Below, one piece after another: positions 9,465 to 20,220 of a DNA stretch of 64,000 nucleotides (its first letter is position 1; the number at the start of each line of letters is the position of its first letter). This stretch comes from a bacterium. GTDB lineage: Bacteria > UBA8248. The stretch is taken from positions 64,001 to 128,000 of the forward strand of contig CBDATS010000015.1 of the NCBI GenBank assembly GCA_965200245.1. Reading direction: 5' to 3'. The notes under the pieces are model-generated. The model was not told where the DNA came from. It saw only the letters and a list, made by a program, of their open reading frames with translations, and searched no databases. The position numbers and the translations under genes are program-made.

Positions 9465-10538
9465 ATGGCGAAACTTTTCGATTCGTTTTCCCTGCGGGGC
9501 GTCACGCTCAGAAACAGGATTTGCGTGTCTCCGATGTGTCAATACAGTGCGGAAAACGGCAAGCTCACCGACTGGCACCTGGTGCACCTGGGGGCTCGTG
9601 CTGTCGGTGGCGCGGGTCTCGTGATGGTCGAGATGACGAACGTGGAGGCCCGTGGGCGCATCACGCGCGGGTGTTCGGGCATCTGGTCGGATGAGCACGT
9701 CGAGCCACTGGCCAGGATCGCTCGTTTCGTCTCTGGTCAGGGGGCTGTCGCCGGGATCCAGATAGGACATGCAGGCCGCAAGGGTAGTTGCGCGCCCACA
9801 TGGGAGGGCGGGGGGCACCTCTCCGACGAGGAGGATGGCTGGGAGATCGTGGCTCCAAGCGCGATTCCGTTTCATGACAATGCGCGCGTTCCCAAGGCGT
9901 TGAGCGTCAAGGAGATAGCCGTGATTCAGGAGGCGTTCCGCCAGGGTGTGAGAAGAGTCGACGAGGCGGGTTTCGATTGGCTCGAAATCCATGGTGCACA
10001 CGGATATCTCTTCCACAGCTTTCACTCTCCGGTTTCGAATCAAAGGGAAGACAATTACGGAGGGAGCTTTGAGAACCGAATCCGCTTCACGGTGGAGACT
10101 GTCCGAATCGCAAGAGAGCAATGGCCGGAACACAAGCCGCTCGCCATACGCCTCTCGTGTACCGACTACTATGAGGGTGGCTGGATGTTGGATGAAACGA
10201 TAGAACTCGCCAGTATCCTCAAAACCGAAGGAGTAGACCTCATCGATTGTAGCGGGGGTGGAGGAACGCCGCTAGCGAAGATTCCCGTAGGGCCGGGCTA
10301 TCAGGTTCCGCTCTCCCGGGCTGTGCGAGCAGGAGCCGAAATTCCTACCGCCACGGTAGGGATGATCACCCAGGCCTGGCAGGCGGATCAGATAGTCCGA
10401 AACGGCGAGAGCGACCTCGTCTTCATGGCACGCGAAATGCTGCGCGAGCCTTATTGGCCACAGAAAGCGGCCTCTGCGCTCGGCGTGATGGATGAGGCTT
10501 ACGTCTCCGACCAGTACCACCGAGCCCACGGGAGATGA
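9465..10538 (+). CDS. NADH:flavin oxidoreductase (Old Yellow Enzyme, NamA/YqjM-like)
   Basis: NRICVSPMCQYS, HAGRK, EIHGAHGYL, YGGSFENR; start at ATG 9465. Confidence 0.93.
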   Translation: MAKLFDSFSLRGVTLRNRICVSPMCQYSAENGKLTDWHLVHLGARAVGGAGLVMVEMTNVEARGRITRGCSGIWSDEHVEPLARIARFVSGQGAVAGIQIGHAGRKGSCAPTWEGGGHLSDEEDGWEIVAPSAIPFHDNARVPKALSVKEIAVIQEAFRQGVRRVDEAGFDWLEIHGAHGYLFHSFHSPVSNQREDNYGGSFENRIRFTVETVRIAREQWPEHKPLAIRLSCTDYYEGGWMLDETIELASILKTEGVDLIDCSGGGGTPLAKIPVGPGYQVPLSRAVRAGAEIPTATVGMITQAWQADQIVRNGESDLVFMAREMLREPYWPQKAASALGVMDEAYVSDQYHRAHGR

Positions 10539-10699
10539 CCTATGGGCCGCCGATCACCGGGTTTCGGGTGTTCTTGTGCCCTTTGGCCTTGCAGCTTCTC
10601 CCGCCAAAATATTGACAAGGCTTTATGGGCCGTGTTGTAATCTCCGGACTGCCAAACAACTGAATAAATTGAGTTCACATCCACAAGGGAGAAAAGCCG

Positions 10700-11884
10700 A
10701 TGAACCGATGTTTTTCACGCTTTCTGAGACGGTCCACTTTCTGGTTTGCGCTCGTTGTAGCGATGGGTTTGATAGGCGGTCCTCTCGTCGGTGACGCGCG
10801 AGCGCAGAAGAAAAAGCCGCTTCGCTTCGGTGTCGCCGATCCCCTGACCGGGCCTGCCGCGATTTTCGGCAAGGACCAGATGCAGGCGGTCCGCTGGGCG
10901 GTCGAGGACATTAACGCAAAAGGCGGCGTGAACGGCCATCCTCTCGAAGCCATCATACTGGATCATCAAGCGAAACCCGAGGTTGGCATCGCGGTGGTCA
11001 ACCGCTTCGTCCACGTGGAGAAGGTGCCCGTGTTTATCACCGCGTTCAGCAACGTAGTCAAGGCAGTCGCGCCCATCGCCAACCGTGAGAAGGTGCTGAT
11101 GTTGAGCGTGGGCGCAAACGCGCCAGCCATTGCACGGCTGGGTGATTACGTCTATACGACTTTTCCGCTGGCGGATGTGGACATGAACGCCCTGGGCAAA
11201 TACGCCTATGAGAAGATGGGCAAGCGCCGCGCTGCTGTCTTGCACGTGAACCACGAAACAGGCAGGGACGGGGCCAAAGTCTTCAGCAACAGTTTCAAGA
11301 AAGCCGGCGGAAAAATAGTCGTTTATGAGTCCTACGAACAGGAGCGTTCGGACTTCACAGGTCTGGTGCTCAAGGTGAAAGCGGCGAATCCCGACATCAT
11401 CCACATCCACAGCGTGATCCGCGATTTCACGGCCGTTGTCGCGCAGATGCGCCAGCTCGGTGTGAAGGCCCAGATTACCAGCTACCAGACGGCTTTCAAC
11501 CCCAAGATGATCCAGCAGTTGGGCAAGGGTGCAGAAGGCATTATCGTGACTGCACTGGCTCCCAGCGTGGAGGACAACAAGAACTTGCCCGCCTATCTCG
11601 AGCGGTGGAAAAAGGCGTATAAGCGTACACCCATCGGACTGCCCTATACGCAGTACTTCTACGATGCGCCTTACATCGTGGCAGCGCTCTATAAATGGGT
11701 ACTGGACAAGAAGCTACCGATCACTGGCGAGAACATGCGCAAGGCGCTGGTGGCAATAAAGACGTTCGAGCAACCCTTGACCAACACAGTCACTATCAAC
11801 GACGACCACACGGTCAAGAAGCCGGTCTATTTCTGGCAGGTCAAAGGCGGTAAATTTACGCTTATCGGTTCCCGGAAGGATTGA
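10700..11884 (+). CDS. Branched-chain amino acid-type ABC transporter substrate-binding protein
   Basis: Signal peptide; PLTGPAA.FG, INAKGGVNG, DFTGLVLKVKAANPD. Confidence 0.9.
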   Translation: MNRCFSRFLRRSTFWFALVVAMGLIGGPLVGDARAQKKKPLRFGVADPLTGPAAIFGKDQMQAVRWAVEDINAKGGVNGHPLEAIILDHQAKPEVGIAVVNRFVHVEKVPVFITAFSNVVKAVAPIANREKVLMLSVGANAPAIARLGDYVYTTFPLADVDMNALGKYAYEKMGKRRAAVLHVNHETGRDGAKVFSNSFKKAGGKIVVYESYEQERSDFTGLVLKVKAANPDIIHIHSVIRDFTAVVAQMRQLGVKAQITSYQTAFNPKMIQQLGKGAEGIIVTALAPSVEDNKNLPAYLERWKKAYKRTPIGLPYTQYFYDAPYIVAALYKWVLDKKLPITGENMRKALVAIKTFEQPLTNTVTINDDHTVKKPVYFWQVKGGKFTLIGSRKD

Positions 11885-11902
11885 GCCCGTATATTCTCTC
11901 TG

Positions 11903-11930
11903 GGTGGGCGCACCTGTCGGCGCGCCCACC
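11903..11930 (+). promoter_or_regulatory. Intercistronic stem-loop after the binding-protein gene
   Basis: GGTGGGCGC / GCGCCCACC stem; typical position of a mRNA-stabilising hairpin in ABC operons. Confidence 0.5.
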
Positions 11931-11958
11931 GGGATTTTACCGTGTGTGATGTCAAGCC

Positions 11959-12906
11959 ATGCTGACATGGGGGATTTTGGGGCAACTCCTGTGGACCGGG
12001 TTCGCCGCCGCGACCTATTACTGTCTTTTTGCAGTCGCTTTCTCGCTTGTTCTCAAGGTCAACAAGATTTGGAACTTCGCCCAGGCCGGAGTGATGGTGT
12101 TCGCCTATTACTCCTTGCTCGTGGCGTTCCGGTATTGGGATCTCGCGCTGGTTCCCGCACTGGTCTTCGGGTTACTGATAACACTTGGTGTCTCGCTCGC
12201 TCTTGAGCGCTACGCCTTCATGGTGTTCCGTGATCGCAACTCCTCGATTCTGACTCTGTTCATCTTCACGATTGTCTTTTCGGAGTTCTCGGTCTACCTC
12301 ACCGAACTCATATTCGGGACTGAACCCCAGACGCTCTACCCGAGCCTTTTGTGGCCCGTCGACTTATACGCAGGCATTGCGATCAGCCAGTGGGACCTCA
12401 TGGCGATTGCTGTGACGGTGGTGCTGATGCTGCTCCTCTATTTGTTTATCCACCAGAGTCGCTACGGCCAGTATCTGATCGCCGTCGCCGATAACGAGGA
12501 TCTGGCCGAAATATACGGAATCAGCCGAAAGCGCGCCTACGGTATTTCAATCTCTATCGCCGCGGTGCTCATCACGGCGGGCATGTATCTATTTGGGACA
12601 AAGGCGGCATTGTTTCCCTCAACACCTCTGCAGCATTTACTGATATTCGCCGTCATCGCGACGATTCTGGCCGGGATTGGCAACATCTTTCGTGCCGGAA
12701 TCGCTGCAGTTGCGCTGAGTCTCATACAGGCCTTCAGCATTCTCGTCATCGCTTCCAAATGGCAGGCACTGCTCGCTTATATTCTGATATTCGTCGCCAT
12801 CATATTCTTTCCGCGCGGGTTCTCCCTGCCACGCCGGCTGCGCGGGTTGGAGCGAGCCTCAGGACGTTCCACAGCCGTGGCGGTGGCCGACTCATCAGGA
12901 GACTGA
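11959..12906 (+). CDS. LivH-like ABC permease
   Basis: Hydrophobic; WNFAQA, AVADNEDLAEIYGIS. Confidence 0.9.
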   Translation: MLTWGILGQLLWTGFAAATYYCLFAVAFSLVLKVNKIWNFAQAGVMVFAYYSLLVAFRYWDLALVPALVFGLLITLGVSLALERYAFMVFRDRNSSILTLFIFTIVFSEFSVYLTELIFGTEPQTLYPSLLWPVDLYAGIAISQWDLMAIAVTVVLMLLLYLFIHQSRYGQYLIAVADNEDLAEIYGISRKRAYGISISIAAVLITAGMYLFGTKAALFPSTPLQHLLIFAVIATILAGIGNIFRAGIAAVALSLIQAFSILVIASKWQALLAYILIFVAIIFFPRGFSLPRRLRGLERASGRSTAVAVADSSGD

Positions 12907-12913
12907 GCCAGAA

Positions 12914-13828
12914 ATGGAATACATCCTGACAGTGATGGTGCTCATTGGGATCAACGTGATCCTCGCCACGAGTTTCAACCTCATTCTGGGGTACGGTGGG
13001 CTGATGAGCGTCGCCCATCCGATCTTCTACGCCATCGGGGCCTATGGCTCCGGCCTGCTGGCGATTCACCTGCAGATTCCAGTTCCTCTCTCGATCCTGA
13101 TAGGATCAGTAGTCGCGATGGTGCTCTCGTTCGGTGTGTCTCTGCCCTCGCTTCGTGTGTCGGGTGATTACCTCGTCATCGCCAGCATCGGGTTTCAGTT
13201 GGGTATCCTGCACGTTATCAACAACCTGGATTTCACCGGCGCAGCCGGCGGACTCACTAACATTCCGGTGCTGAACGAAGGCCCGTCGCGAAGCCTCGTG
13301 TTCGTCCTGCTCATTGCGGTTGTCGCCGCCGGCGCGGTTCTGCTGGTGGGCTGGATCGTCGAAGGCGATTACGGGCGAGCCATCACCGCCATGCGTAACG
13401 ACGAGGAAGCTTTCAGTGCATTGGGCCGTAACGCGATGAACATCAAGATCGTCCTTTTCGCCATCGGTTCGGGCATGGCCGGCTTGGCGGGCGCACTCTA
13501 TGCACATTACTTCGCCTACGTCACGCCTGAGCAGTTTGGCATATTCACCTCCGCTGCCCTGTTGACAATGGTGGTCGTGGGCGGCGCCGCCACGACCTGG
13601 GGGCCTCTGGTGGGTGCGGTGCTCCTGACAACCCTTCCACAGGCCATCACGTTTCTCGGCTTGCCCGTCTCCATCATGGCGCCGCTTCAAGGTGTTATCT
13701 ATACGACGCTCGTCATATTCTTCCTCTTCGCACGCCCCCAGGGCCTGACGGGAGGCAGCCGCGGCGGCGGCGGGCTCGAGGCCTGGAGCGCGAGTACGAC
13801 TTTCAGGGGGAGGGGGGATACGGAATGA
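12914..13828 (+). CDS. LivM-like ABC permease
   Basis: NLILGYGG, LRVSGDYL, GRAITAMRNDE. Confidence 0.9.
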   Translation: MEYILTVMVLIGINVILATSFNLILGYGGLMSVAHPIFYAIGAYGSGLLAIHLQIPVPLSILIGSVVAMVLSFGVSLPSLRVSGDYLVIASIGFQLGILHVINNLDFTGAAGGLTNIPVLNEGPSRSLVFVLLIAVVAAGAVLLVGWIVEGDYGRAITAMRNDEEAFSALGRNAMNIKIVLFAIGSGMAGLAGALYAHYFAYVTPEQFGIFTSAALLTMVVVGGAATTWGPLVGAVLLTTLPQAITFLGLPVSIMAPLQGVIYTTLVIFFLFARPQGLTGGSRGGGGLEAWSASTTFRGRGDTE

Positions 13829-14595
13829 GTCAGATCGTCCAGATGAAAGGACTGCACAAGAGTTTTGGCGGAATCGTGGTGGCGGATGATGTCAACCTGG
13901 ATTTCGAGGCAGGTGAGATCATCGGCCTCATTGGTCCCAACGGGGCGGGCAAGACGTCTTTGTTCAATCTGATCTCAGGCGTGATTCCCCCCGATGCAGG
14001 TTCGATCATTCTGGAGGGCCATCGCGTGGATCAACTGCCCATGCACCACCGCGCACGGATCGGTTTGGCCAGGACATGGCAGAACACCCGCATGTTTCAC
14101 TCGATGTCCGTGATCGATAACCTGCTGATAGCGACGCGGCGCTACCCGGGAGAGTCACTGGCGCGCATTCTTTTTCGTCGCCGCTCGATCAACGCCTTCC
14201 GCCGGGAAGCAACGAAAAAAGCCATGGCGCTTCTCGAACGAGTGGGACTCGCCGACAAGATGCACGAGATGGCGATAGAACTCTCCTACGGCCAGCAGAA
14301 GCGGATTGGACTCGCCCGTGCGTTGATGAGCGACGCGGCGTGCCTGTTGCTGGATGAACCCATGGCGGGCGTGGAAGGACAGGCGTACGAAACGATCATT
14401 CGCGTTATCCGCGAAGAGGCCCAGGCCGGGCGTGCCGTCTGTGTTGTGGAGCACAACATTTCATTCATCCGCGACATCAGCGATCGCACGGTTTTCATGT
14501 TCAACGGATGTGTTCTGGCCAGCGGATCCGTCGATGAACTCACACGCGATACGCAACTTACGCACCTGTATTTTGGCGGCGAACACCCGCACTGA
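13825..14595 (+). CDS. LivG-like ABC ATPase
   Basis: GPNGAGKT, LSYGQQK, LLLDEP. Confidence 0.92.
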   Translation: MSQIVQMKGLHKSFGGIVVADDVNLDFEAGEIIGLIGPNGAGKTSLFNLISGVIPPDAGSIILEGHRVDQLPMHHRARIGLARTWQNTRMFHSMSVIDNLLIATRRYPGESLARILFRRRSINAFRREATKKAMALLERVGLADKMHEMAIELSYGQQKRIGLARALMSDAACLLLDEPMAGVEGQAYETIIRVIREEAQAGRAVCVVEHNISFIRDISDRTVFMFNGCVLASGSVDELTRDTQLTHLYFGGEHPH

Positions 14596-14608
14596 TCAAG
14601 AGAGAAAG

Positions 14609-15292
14609 ATGTTCGAAGTCCAAAACCTCACGGCCCGCTACGGGCCACTTATCGCCGTGAACGACGTGTCGCTGTCTTTCGATACAGGTGTGCGGATGGG
14701 AATTTTCGGTCACAACGGCTCAGGCAAGTCGACGTTTCTCAAGTGTCTGGTGGGTGGCGTCAGGGATATTTCCGGTGCCGTGGCTTTCGATGGTTCGCCC
14801 ATCGTGCCGGATCAGGTTCACCGCAACGTCATGCTGGGAATCGGCTTCGTGCCGCAGGTCCAGAACGTCTTTCCAAACCTCACGGTTGAACAGAACCTCC
14901 ACATCGCCGGCTCGAAATCCGACCTCTCGTTTCTCAAAGAGGCTTATGCCCTTTTCCCCTTGCTGGAAGAACGCCAGAACCAGCTTGCAGGAGACATGAG
15001 CGGTGGAGAGCAGCAGATGCTCGCGGTTGCACTGGCCTTGATGACGAGGCCGCAAGTCCTCCTGCTCGACGAACCGACTGCCGGTCTTGCTCCAGCAATC
15101 GTGAAAAACGTGCTGAACTCGCTCTCGCGTATCAACTCAGAGCTCGGCACAGGGCTGATCCTCGTCGAGCAGAACGTGCTCGCCGCCCTGGATGTCGTCG
15201 AGCGCGCAATCGTGCTCAAAGGCGGACGCGTGGTGTTCGACGGTGCGAGCGAAGAACTCCGCGCAAAGGAAGATTTGTGGGCTTGGTTCTGA
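14609..15292 (+). CDS. LivF-like ABC ATPase
   Basis: GHNGSGKS, MSGGEQQM, LLLDEP; start at ATG 14609. Confidence 0.92.
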   Translation: MFEVQNLTARYGPLIAVNDVSLSFDTGVRMGIFGHNGSGKSTFLKCLVGGVRDISGAVAFDGSPIVPDQVHRNVMLGIGFVPQVQNVFPNLTVEQNLHIAGSKSDLSFLKEAYALFPLLEERQNQLAGDMSGGEQQMLAVALALMTRPQVLLLDEPTAGLAPAIVKNVLNSLSRINSELGTGLILVEQNVLAALDVVERAIVLKGGRVVFDGASEELRAKEDLWAWF

Positions 15293-15313
15293 CCCTGTAA
15301 ATCGTCGGCGCGA

Positions 15314-16683
15314 CTATTTCACCCCGACGGCATCGATCTGCACAAGCGCTTCCGCCACTGGTCCGGGGCCGTGCACGATCACGCATTCGAATGCAGGCAA
15401 GTCCTCGTTGATGAAGGTCTCGCGTACCGCCTCGTAGACTGCAAGGTCCGCTGGATTGGAGAGATACACCCTGGTCATAGCGATGTCCGCCAGTTCCATT
15501 CCTGCCCCTGCCGCGCTGGCGCGCAACTGTTTCCACGCCATCCAGCATTGCGCGGCGATGCCCGGTTGCCGTTCCACTTCTTCAAGTGCAAGCACGGTGC
15601 GGTGCCCTGTCTCCGGAAGGGAATCTGCACCCCGGACGAGTGTTCCTGCCTCGTCGACGCCCACCATACCCGAGAAGAAACAGATCGGTCCCGCTTGCGT
15701 GACGGAGGGAGACGCAAAGGGCGCTGTCCCCGGCCAGGGGTACGATTGGCGAGTGAGTCCACTGCGTCTGTCCATAGCGGTTATTTCGATCTCGATGCGC
15801 GTGCCTCGGTGGCCCACTTCGTCGAATCCCACAACGCAAAGCGATGGCTGGGTGTCAGGGAAGAAATGGGTGTGCACCCGATGGAAAGTCGAGAAATCAC
15901 GTATGTCGCCCAGGAAAATACTCACGTTCACGACGTCTTCCATATCCATGCCGTGGCCCGTGAGTGTGCGGCGCAATTCGTTGTATACATACCAGGTTTG
16001 GGATGCGATAGGGCCGTGCCGGCTGTCGGGATGGCTGCGTCCCGTCGAGAGGAAACGACCCTCCTCTGGCACGTCGTCATAAGAGTTGACCAGCGGTTTG
16101 CCGGGTTCTGCTGTCTTGATCGGAATGTGACCGGCAAAAAAGCGAAAGGGCCGGAGCGTATGGCCTGGCAGTAGTGTGAAGCCGCGGGAAGGTCCGGGTT
16201 GTAGACGTCGGTCATGACTTGTCGTTCGCCGAACACACCGCCGGCTTGTGTGCATGCAGCGATGGCGTCGACCCCGATCCAGTGCCTGCCGCATCCGACG
16301 ACATCCGTTATGCCCAGTCCACTGCTTGGAGCAGGCGTGGGTTGCCAATGCACCCGGACGTGTTCGTAGCTGGGGAAATAACGCTTGTCGCGCTGCCAGA
16401 TATGCTGGCGCAGCACCTGGTCGCGATTCGTGCCCGCTGCGACAAGGATTTTCTCTAGGCTGTCGTGAACCGCCCAGGAATCGGCGACAACCCTCTCTTC
16501 GGTGAGGTCGGCAAGTGGATAGCCCTGCATCTGCCCGCGTCCTTCCTCGGGCAGGTCCGCGAAACCCGCAGGGCCGGCTGGTCTCAATCCGGAGACGAAT
16601 AAAAGTTCGCCAGCCCTGACCGCTACCGGATAGGGTGGGAAAGCAGGGGCGACATCCTCGCAAACGATCGGGGTTTTCTTCAT
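15314..16683 (-). pseudogene. Multi-domain RidA/YjgF-family protein, frameshifted
   Basis: N-part (AVRAGELLFVSG) and C-part (FAGHIP...RIEIE...LVQIDAVG) lie in different frames, joined at the A6 run 16136-16141; one extra T on the coding strand restores GPFAFFAGH. Confidence 0.8.
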
Positions 16684-16764
16684 CGCTCGATCAACCTCCG
16701 TGGGTTGGCATATCCAGGCGCCTCGTGCGGGGTAGGGAGGAAATCTCCCGGCGGTTGCATTTGT

Positions 16765-17526
16765 CTACATCGCCAAGGTGCCGCCATCGCACGATATAAA
16801 GGCTCCGTTCATGAAATCGTTCTCGTCCGAGACCATAAAGAGCGATACCTCAGCCATCTCTTCTGGGCTTGCAAATCGATTCACGGGTATGCGGGGGAGC
16901 TTCGCTTGTGCGCGTTCGGGATTGTCGATGTGAATCTGCTTTACGCGCTCGCTTTCAGTGGTTCCCGGCATGAGGCAATTCACGCGCAACCCCAGGGGGC
17001 CGAGTTCCACTGCGAGGGCGCGTGTCAAATTGTGCATGGAAGTCTTGGTCGCGCAGTAGAGTGCATTGCCGGGCACGCCGCGCTCGCCGTCGATGGACCC
17101 GATCATGAGAACCTTGCCCTTGCCCTGGGGTGCCATGAGCTTGGCCGCCTCGCGTGTGGCGATGAAAACGGATTTTGCGTTCACCTCGTAGAGCTCGTCA
17201 ATTTCCTCATCCGTAAACTCGAGAAAACTCCTGTGGGCCCGCATGGCGGCGCAGTTTACCATGATGTCGAGACCGCCCAGGAATCGCGCGCCGTCGCTCA
17301 TGATCTCGTTTGCCTTTCGCGCGTCTCTTAAGTCGTAACATCGCCCGTCGATCTTCGTGTTCGCCGCGCCACAATCGGCGATGACTTTGTCCAGACGCTC
17401 CTGATTGAAGCCGCCCGCAGCCCAGATAGCTGCGCCCTCCTCGCTGAACTTGCGCGCAATGGCCGCCCCGATACCCGATGAGGCACCGGTAACGATGACT
17501 CTTTTCCCTGCCAGCTTGCCCTGCAT
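16765..17526 (-). CDS. Short-chain dehydrogenase/reductase
   Basis: TGASSGIG, YCATK catalytic motif, RVNCLMPG. Confidence 0.92.
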   Translation of the reverse strand: MQGKLAGKRVIVTGASSGIGAAIARKFSEEGAAIWAAGGFNQERLDKVIADCGAANTKIDGRCYDLRDARKANEIMSDGARFLGGLDIMVNCAAMRAHRSFLEFTDEEIDELYEVNAKSVFIATREAAKLMAPQGKGKVLMIGSIDGERGVPGNALYCATKTSMHNLTRALAVELGPLGLRVNCLMPGTTESERVKQIHIDNPERAQAKLPRIPVNRFASPEEMAEVSLFMVSDENDFMNGAFISCDGGTLAM

Positions 17527-17547
17527 ATCTTCTCCTTAAGGTGAAAA

Positions 17548-18432
17548 CTATTCTTCATCGGGCAGTAATGCGGATTCTCCCATCGAGAGCGGGTCGCGCG
17601 TCGGCCAGCGACCGGCGTCCACCTCGGTGATGAATTCGAGAACGACGCGATTGAACATAGCGGGTTCTTCGAGATTGATGAGGTGGCCGGCATTCGGGAA
17701 GGTAACGAGAGCGGCCGTCTGGATGTTGCGCTTCATGAACAGCCCGGGTTCCAGACAGGGGTAGTCCTCATCCCCCGTAAGGACGAGCGTCGGCACAGAG
17801 CATTTCTCCATCTGCTCTCCAAGTTCATAAACCGAGGGTCTTGCACTTTGCACCCCGCGCATCGTGTTGGCGCAGCCCAGAGGAGAGTGGCTCATGAAGT
17901 GGTCGATGAATTTCTGATAGCCGATGGCGTCTTTCCGTTTCAGTTGCATGCGCGTCGGACCGGCGGTGTAGACAGGGCCGAACTTCTCCATCCCATCGTT
18001 CAGAAACCTGTCGGCTACAGCTTCGGCATCTTTCTGGAATCGTTCGCGCTGATCCATGTCGGATCCGTAACCGCATCCGGCCACGACGATGGAGCGGGTG
18101 AGTTCAGGGTGGCGCAGGCCGAGATGCAGGGTCGCATAGCCGCCCATCGAAAGCCCCGCAACGTGGGCGGGCGCGAGATTCAATTCTTGGATCAGGCCTG
18201 CCAGGTCATTCACGGCGATGTTCTGGCTGTATAGGGATGTGTCTTCGGGCACTTCGGAGGGGGGGAACCCTCTCGCGTTGTAAGTGATTACCCGATACCT
18301 GCGATTGAAATAGCGAACCTGATCCTCCCAACTGCGGCAATCGCCCGCGAATTCGTGAACGAACACGATGGGCGTGCCCTCGCCACTGTCTTCGTAGTAC
18401 AGACTGACGCCGTTTGTTCTCACTTCGGGCAT
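17548..18432 (-). CDS. Alpha/beta hydrolase
   Basis: FVHEFAG, GLSMGG nucleophile elbow, GDED, AGHLINLE; start at ATG 18432. Confidence 0.9.
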   Translation of the reverse strand: MPEVRTNGVSLYYEDSGEGTPIVFVHEFAGDCRSWEDQVRYFNRRYRVITYNARGFPPSEVPEDTSLYSQNIAVNDLAGLIQELNLAPAHVAGLSMGGYATLHLGLRHPELTRSIVVAGCGYGSDMDQRERFQKDAEAVADRFLNDGMEKFGPVYTAGPTRMQLKRKDAIGYQKFIDHFMSHSPLGCANTMRGVQSARPSVYELGEQMEKCSVPTLVLTGDEDYPCLEPGLFMKRNIQTAALVTFPNAGHLINLEEPAMFNRVVLEFITEVDAGRWPTRDPLSMGESALLPDEE

Positions 18433-18765
18433 GGTGTTCTCCTCGCAAGTTGACGATGGGATATGAAATACGCTTCTTACGGGAGAATCGGCAAAATAAC
18501 AACGCGAAAGAGGGAATTCCCGCATGTTTTCACGTGACCGTGCCCGAATGGCAGGAGTGAATATAGAGTCGGGAAAGATTCGACTCCCGGGGCTGATTTC
18601 CATTCGGGGACTTGCTTTCTATATTTGCTTGGCCCAAGATAAATACGCATCACGACATGGTTTGAGTTTGACGGTAATTTGACTTGGTGCATCACCGCAT
18701 CGCCCATTCATGCATGGAACAAAACTCCAGGAAGCCCTTTAGGTTTGAAAATTGGGGGAAAGAAC

Positions 18766-20175
18766 TTGTCTACGGCCCCGGAGAAACGCAGCCTCGCAAT
18801 TCACAGGAAAGCCGAAAGAAAGCTCCAGTGGGAGACGATCTTCATCATTGGGGTGATCCATTTGCTCGCCTTGATGGCTTTTGATCTGGACTATTTCAGT
18901 GTATCCGGCCTCGTGGTGGGAATCGTGATGTATTTCGTCGCCGGAATGATAGGTGTGACAGTCGCCTACCACAGGCTCCTTACTCACAGGAGTTTCCGTA
19001 CGTATAAGCCGGTGGAGTATTTTCTGACGTTTTGCGCCTGCCAGGCGCTTCAGAGCGGGCCCATCGAGTGGGTGGCGATGCACCGCATTCACCACAAGGA
19101 ATCGGATGAGGAACCCGATCCCCATTCCCCGCTCGTGAACTTTCTGTGGGCGCACGCCGGATGGCTGTTCGTCAGCTTGCCGGACGCACATACCTGCAAG
19201 GAATATTCGCGCTTTGCGAAGGATTTGCACCGCGACAGGTGGCAGCGTTTTTTCGACATGTTCTTTTTCCCCATCTATGTAATGACTGCGGTGGCGATCT
19301 ACTTCGCCGGGGAATGGTACGGCGGCCTTGGAATGTCCTGGCTCGTCTGGGGGGTATTCGTGCGCACGGTCGTCTTGTGGCATTGCACTTGGGCGGTCAA
19401 TTCAGTGACGCATACCTTCGGCTATCGCAATTACAACACGGACGAGGAGAGTACGAACAACTGGCTGGTCGCCATCTTGTCCTTCGGCGAGGGGTGGCAC
19501 AACAACCACCATTCGGATCAGCGCTCGGCCGCTCACGGTCAAAGGTGGTTTGAGGTGGACATAACATACCGGTTCATCAAGATGATGGAACTCCTGGGTC
19601 TGGCTTGGGAGGTGAGGGAACCGAGCAAGCGCATCGTGGCGAAGAGGCTTGATATCATGGTGGACGACGAGGGTTTGCGCGCTGCGGAGGCAAGAAGGCA
19701 CGGGCCGGCGGAAGTGCGTGCCGAAGTGCTCCACACGATGACAGATCCGACGACGCCGCTGGAAGTCCCCAGAATGCCTTCGCTGGCCGAAGCGAGCGAG
19801 GCGGCGACAAATTCGGCCCGAAAAGCTATGGAATCCGTCAATACGGCGCTTGCGCACGCCTCTCATGCGCTTCGGTACAAAAAAGAAGATAAAGCGGACC
19901 AGTCAGTTCGCCAGATGCTGGAAAGGGGTAAGGACATGGCAATGGCGGATGTTGAGCAGGCCAAATACGCTGCGGCGGAAGCCGCCGAGTTCTCCGCCCA
20001 AGCGAGTGCCTACCTGGCGGATGCGAAGGACAGGACGACAGAATCCGCCCGTCAGGCGGTGGAGAAAGCGAAGGCGCTCGCGCAGGAAGCAGCTGATGCA
20101 GCCTCGAAAGCGGCCGATGAGATTGCGGTTGCTTTCAAGGGAATCGACAGACCTGTTATTACCTCTACGGTCTAG
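18766..20175 (+). CDS. Delta-9-type fatty acid desaturase with long Ala-rich C-terminal extension
   Basis: His boxes HRLLTH, HRIHH, GEGWHNNHH; probable TTG start at 18766. Confidence 0.9.
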   Translation: MSTAPEKRSLAIHRKAERKLQWETIFIIGVIHLLALMAFDLDYFSVSGLVVGIVMYFVAGMIGVTVAYHRLLTHRSFRTYKPVEYFLTFCACQALQSGPIEWVAMHRIHHKESDEEPDPHSPLVNFLWAHAGWLFVSLPDAHTCKEYSRFAKDLHRDRWQRFFDMFFFPIYVMTAVAIYFAGEWYGGLGMSWLVWGVFVRTVVLWHCTWAVNSVTHTFGYRNYNTDEESTNNWLVAILSFGEGWHNNHHSDQRSAAHGQRWFEVDITYRFIKMMELLGLAWEVREPSKRIVAKRLDIMVDDEGLRAAEARRHGPAEVRAEVLHTMTDPTTPLEVPRMPSLAEASEAATNSARKAMESVNTALAHASHALRYKKEDKADQSVRQMLERGKDMAMADVEQAKYAAAEAAEFSAQASAYLADAKDRTTESARQAVEKAKALAQEAADAASKAADEIAVAFKGIDRPVITSTV

Positions 20176-20185
20176 AAGGGAACTC

Positions 20186-20220
20186 AAAAAAAGCCGGAGC
20201 GTATTGCTTCGGCTTTTTTT
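20186..20220 (+). terminator. Intrinsic terminator
   Basis: AAAAAAAGCCGGAGC-loop-GCTTCGGCTTTTTTT. Confidence 0.85.

Noticed and set aside
16142-16663. N-terminal part of the 449-aa ORF 15314-16663
   Set aside because: Off-frame translation; the real N-terminus is in ORF 15928-16683
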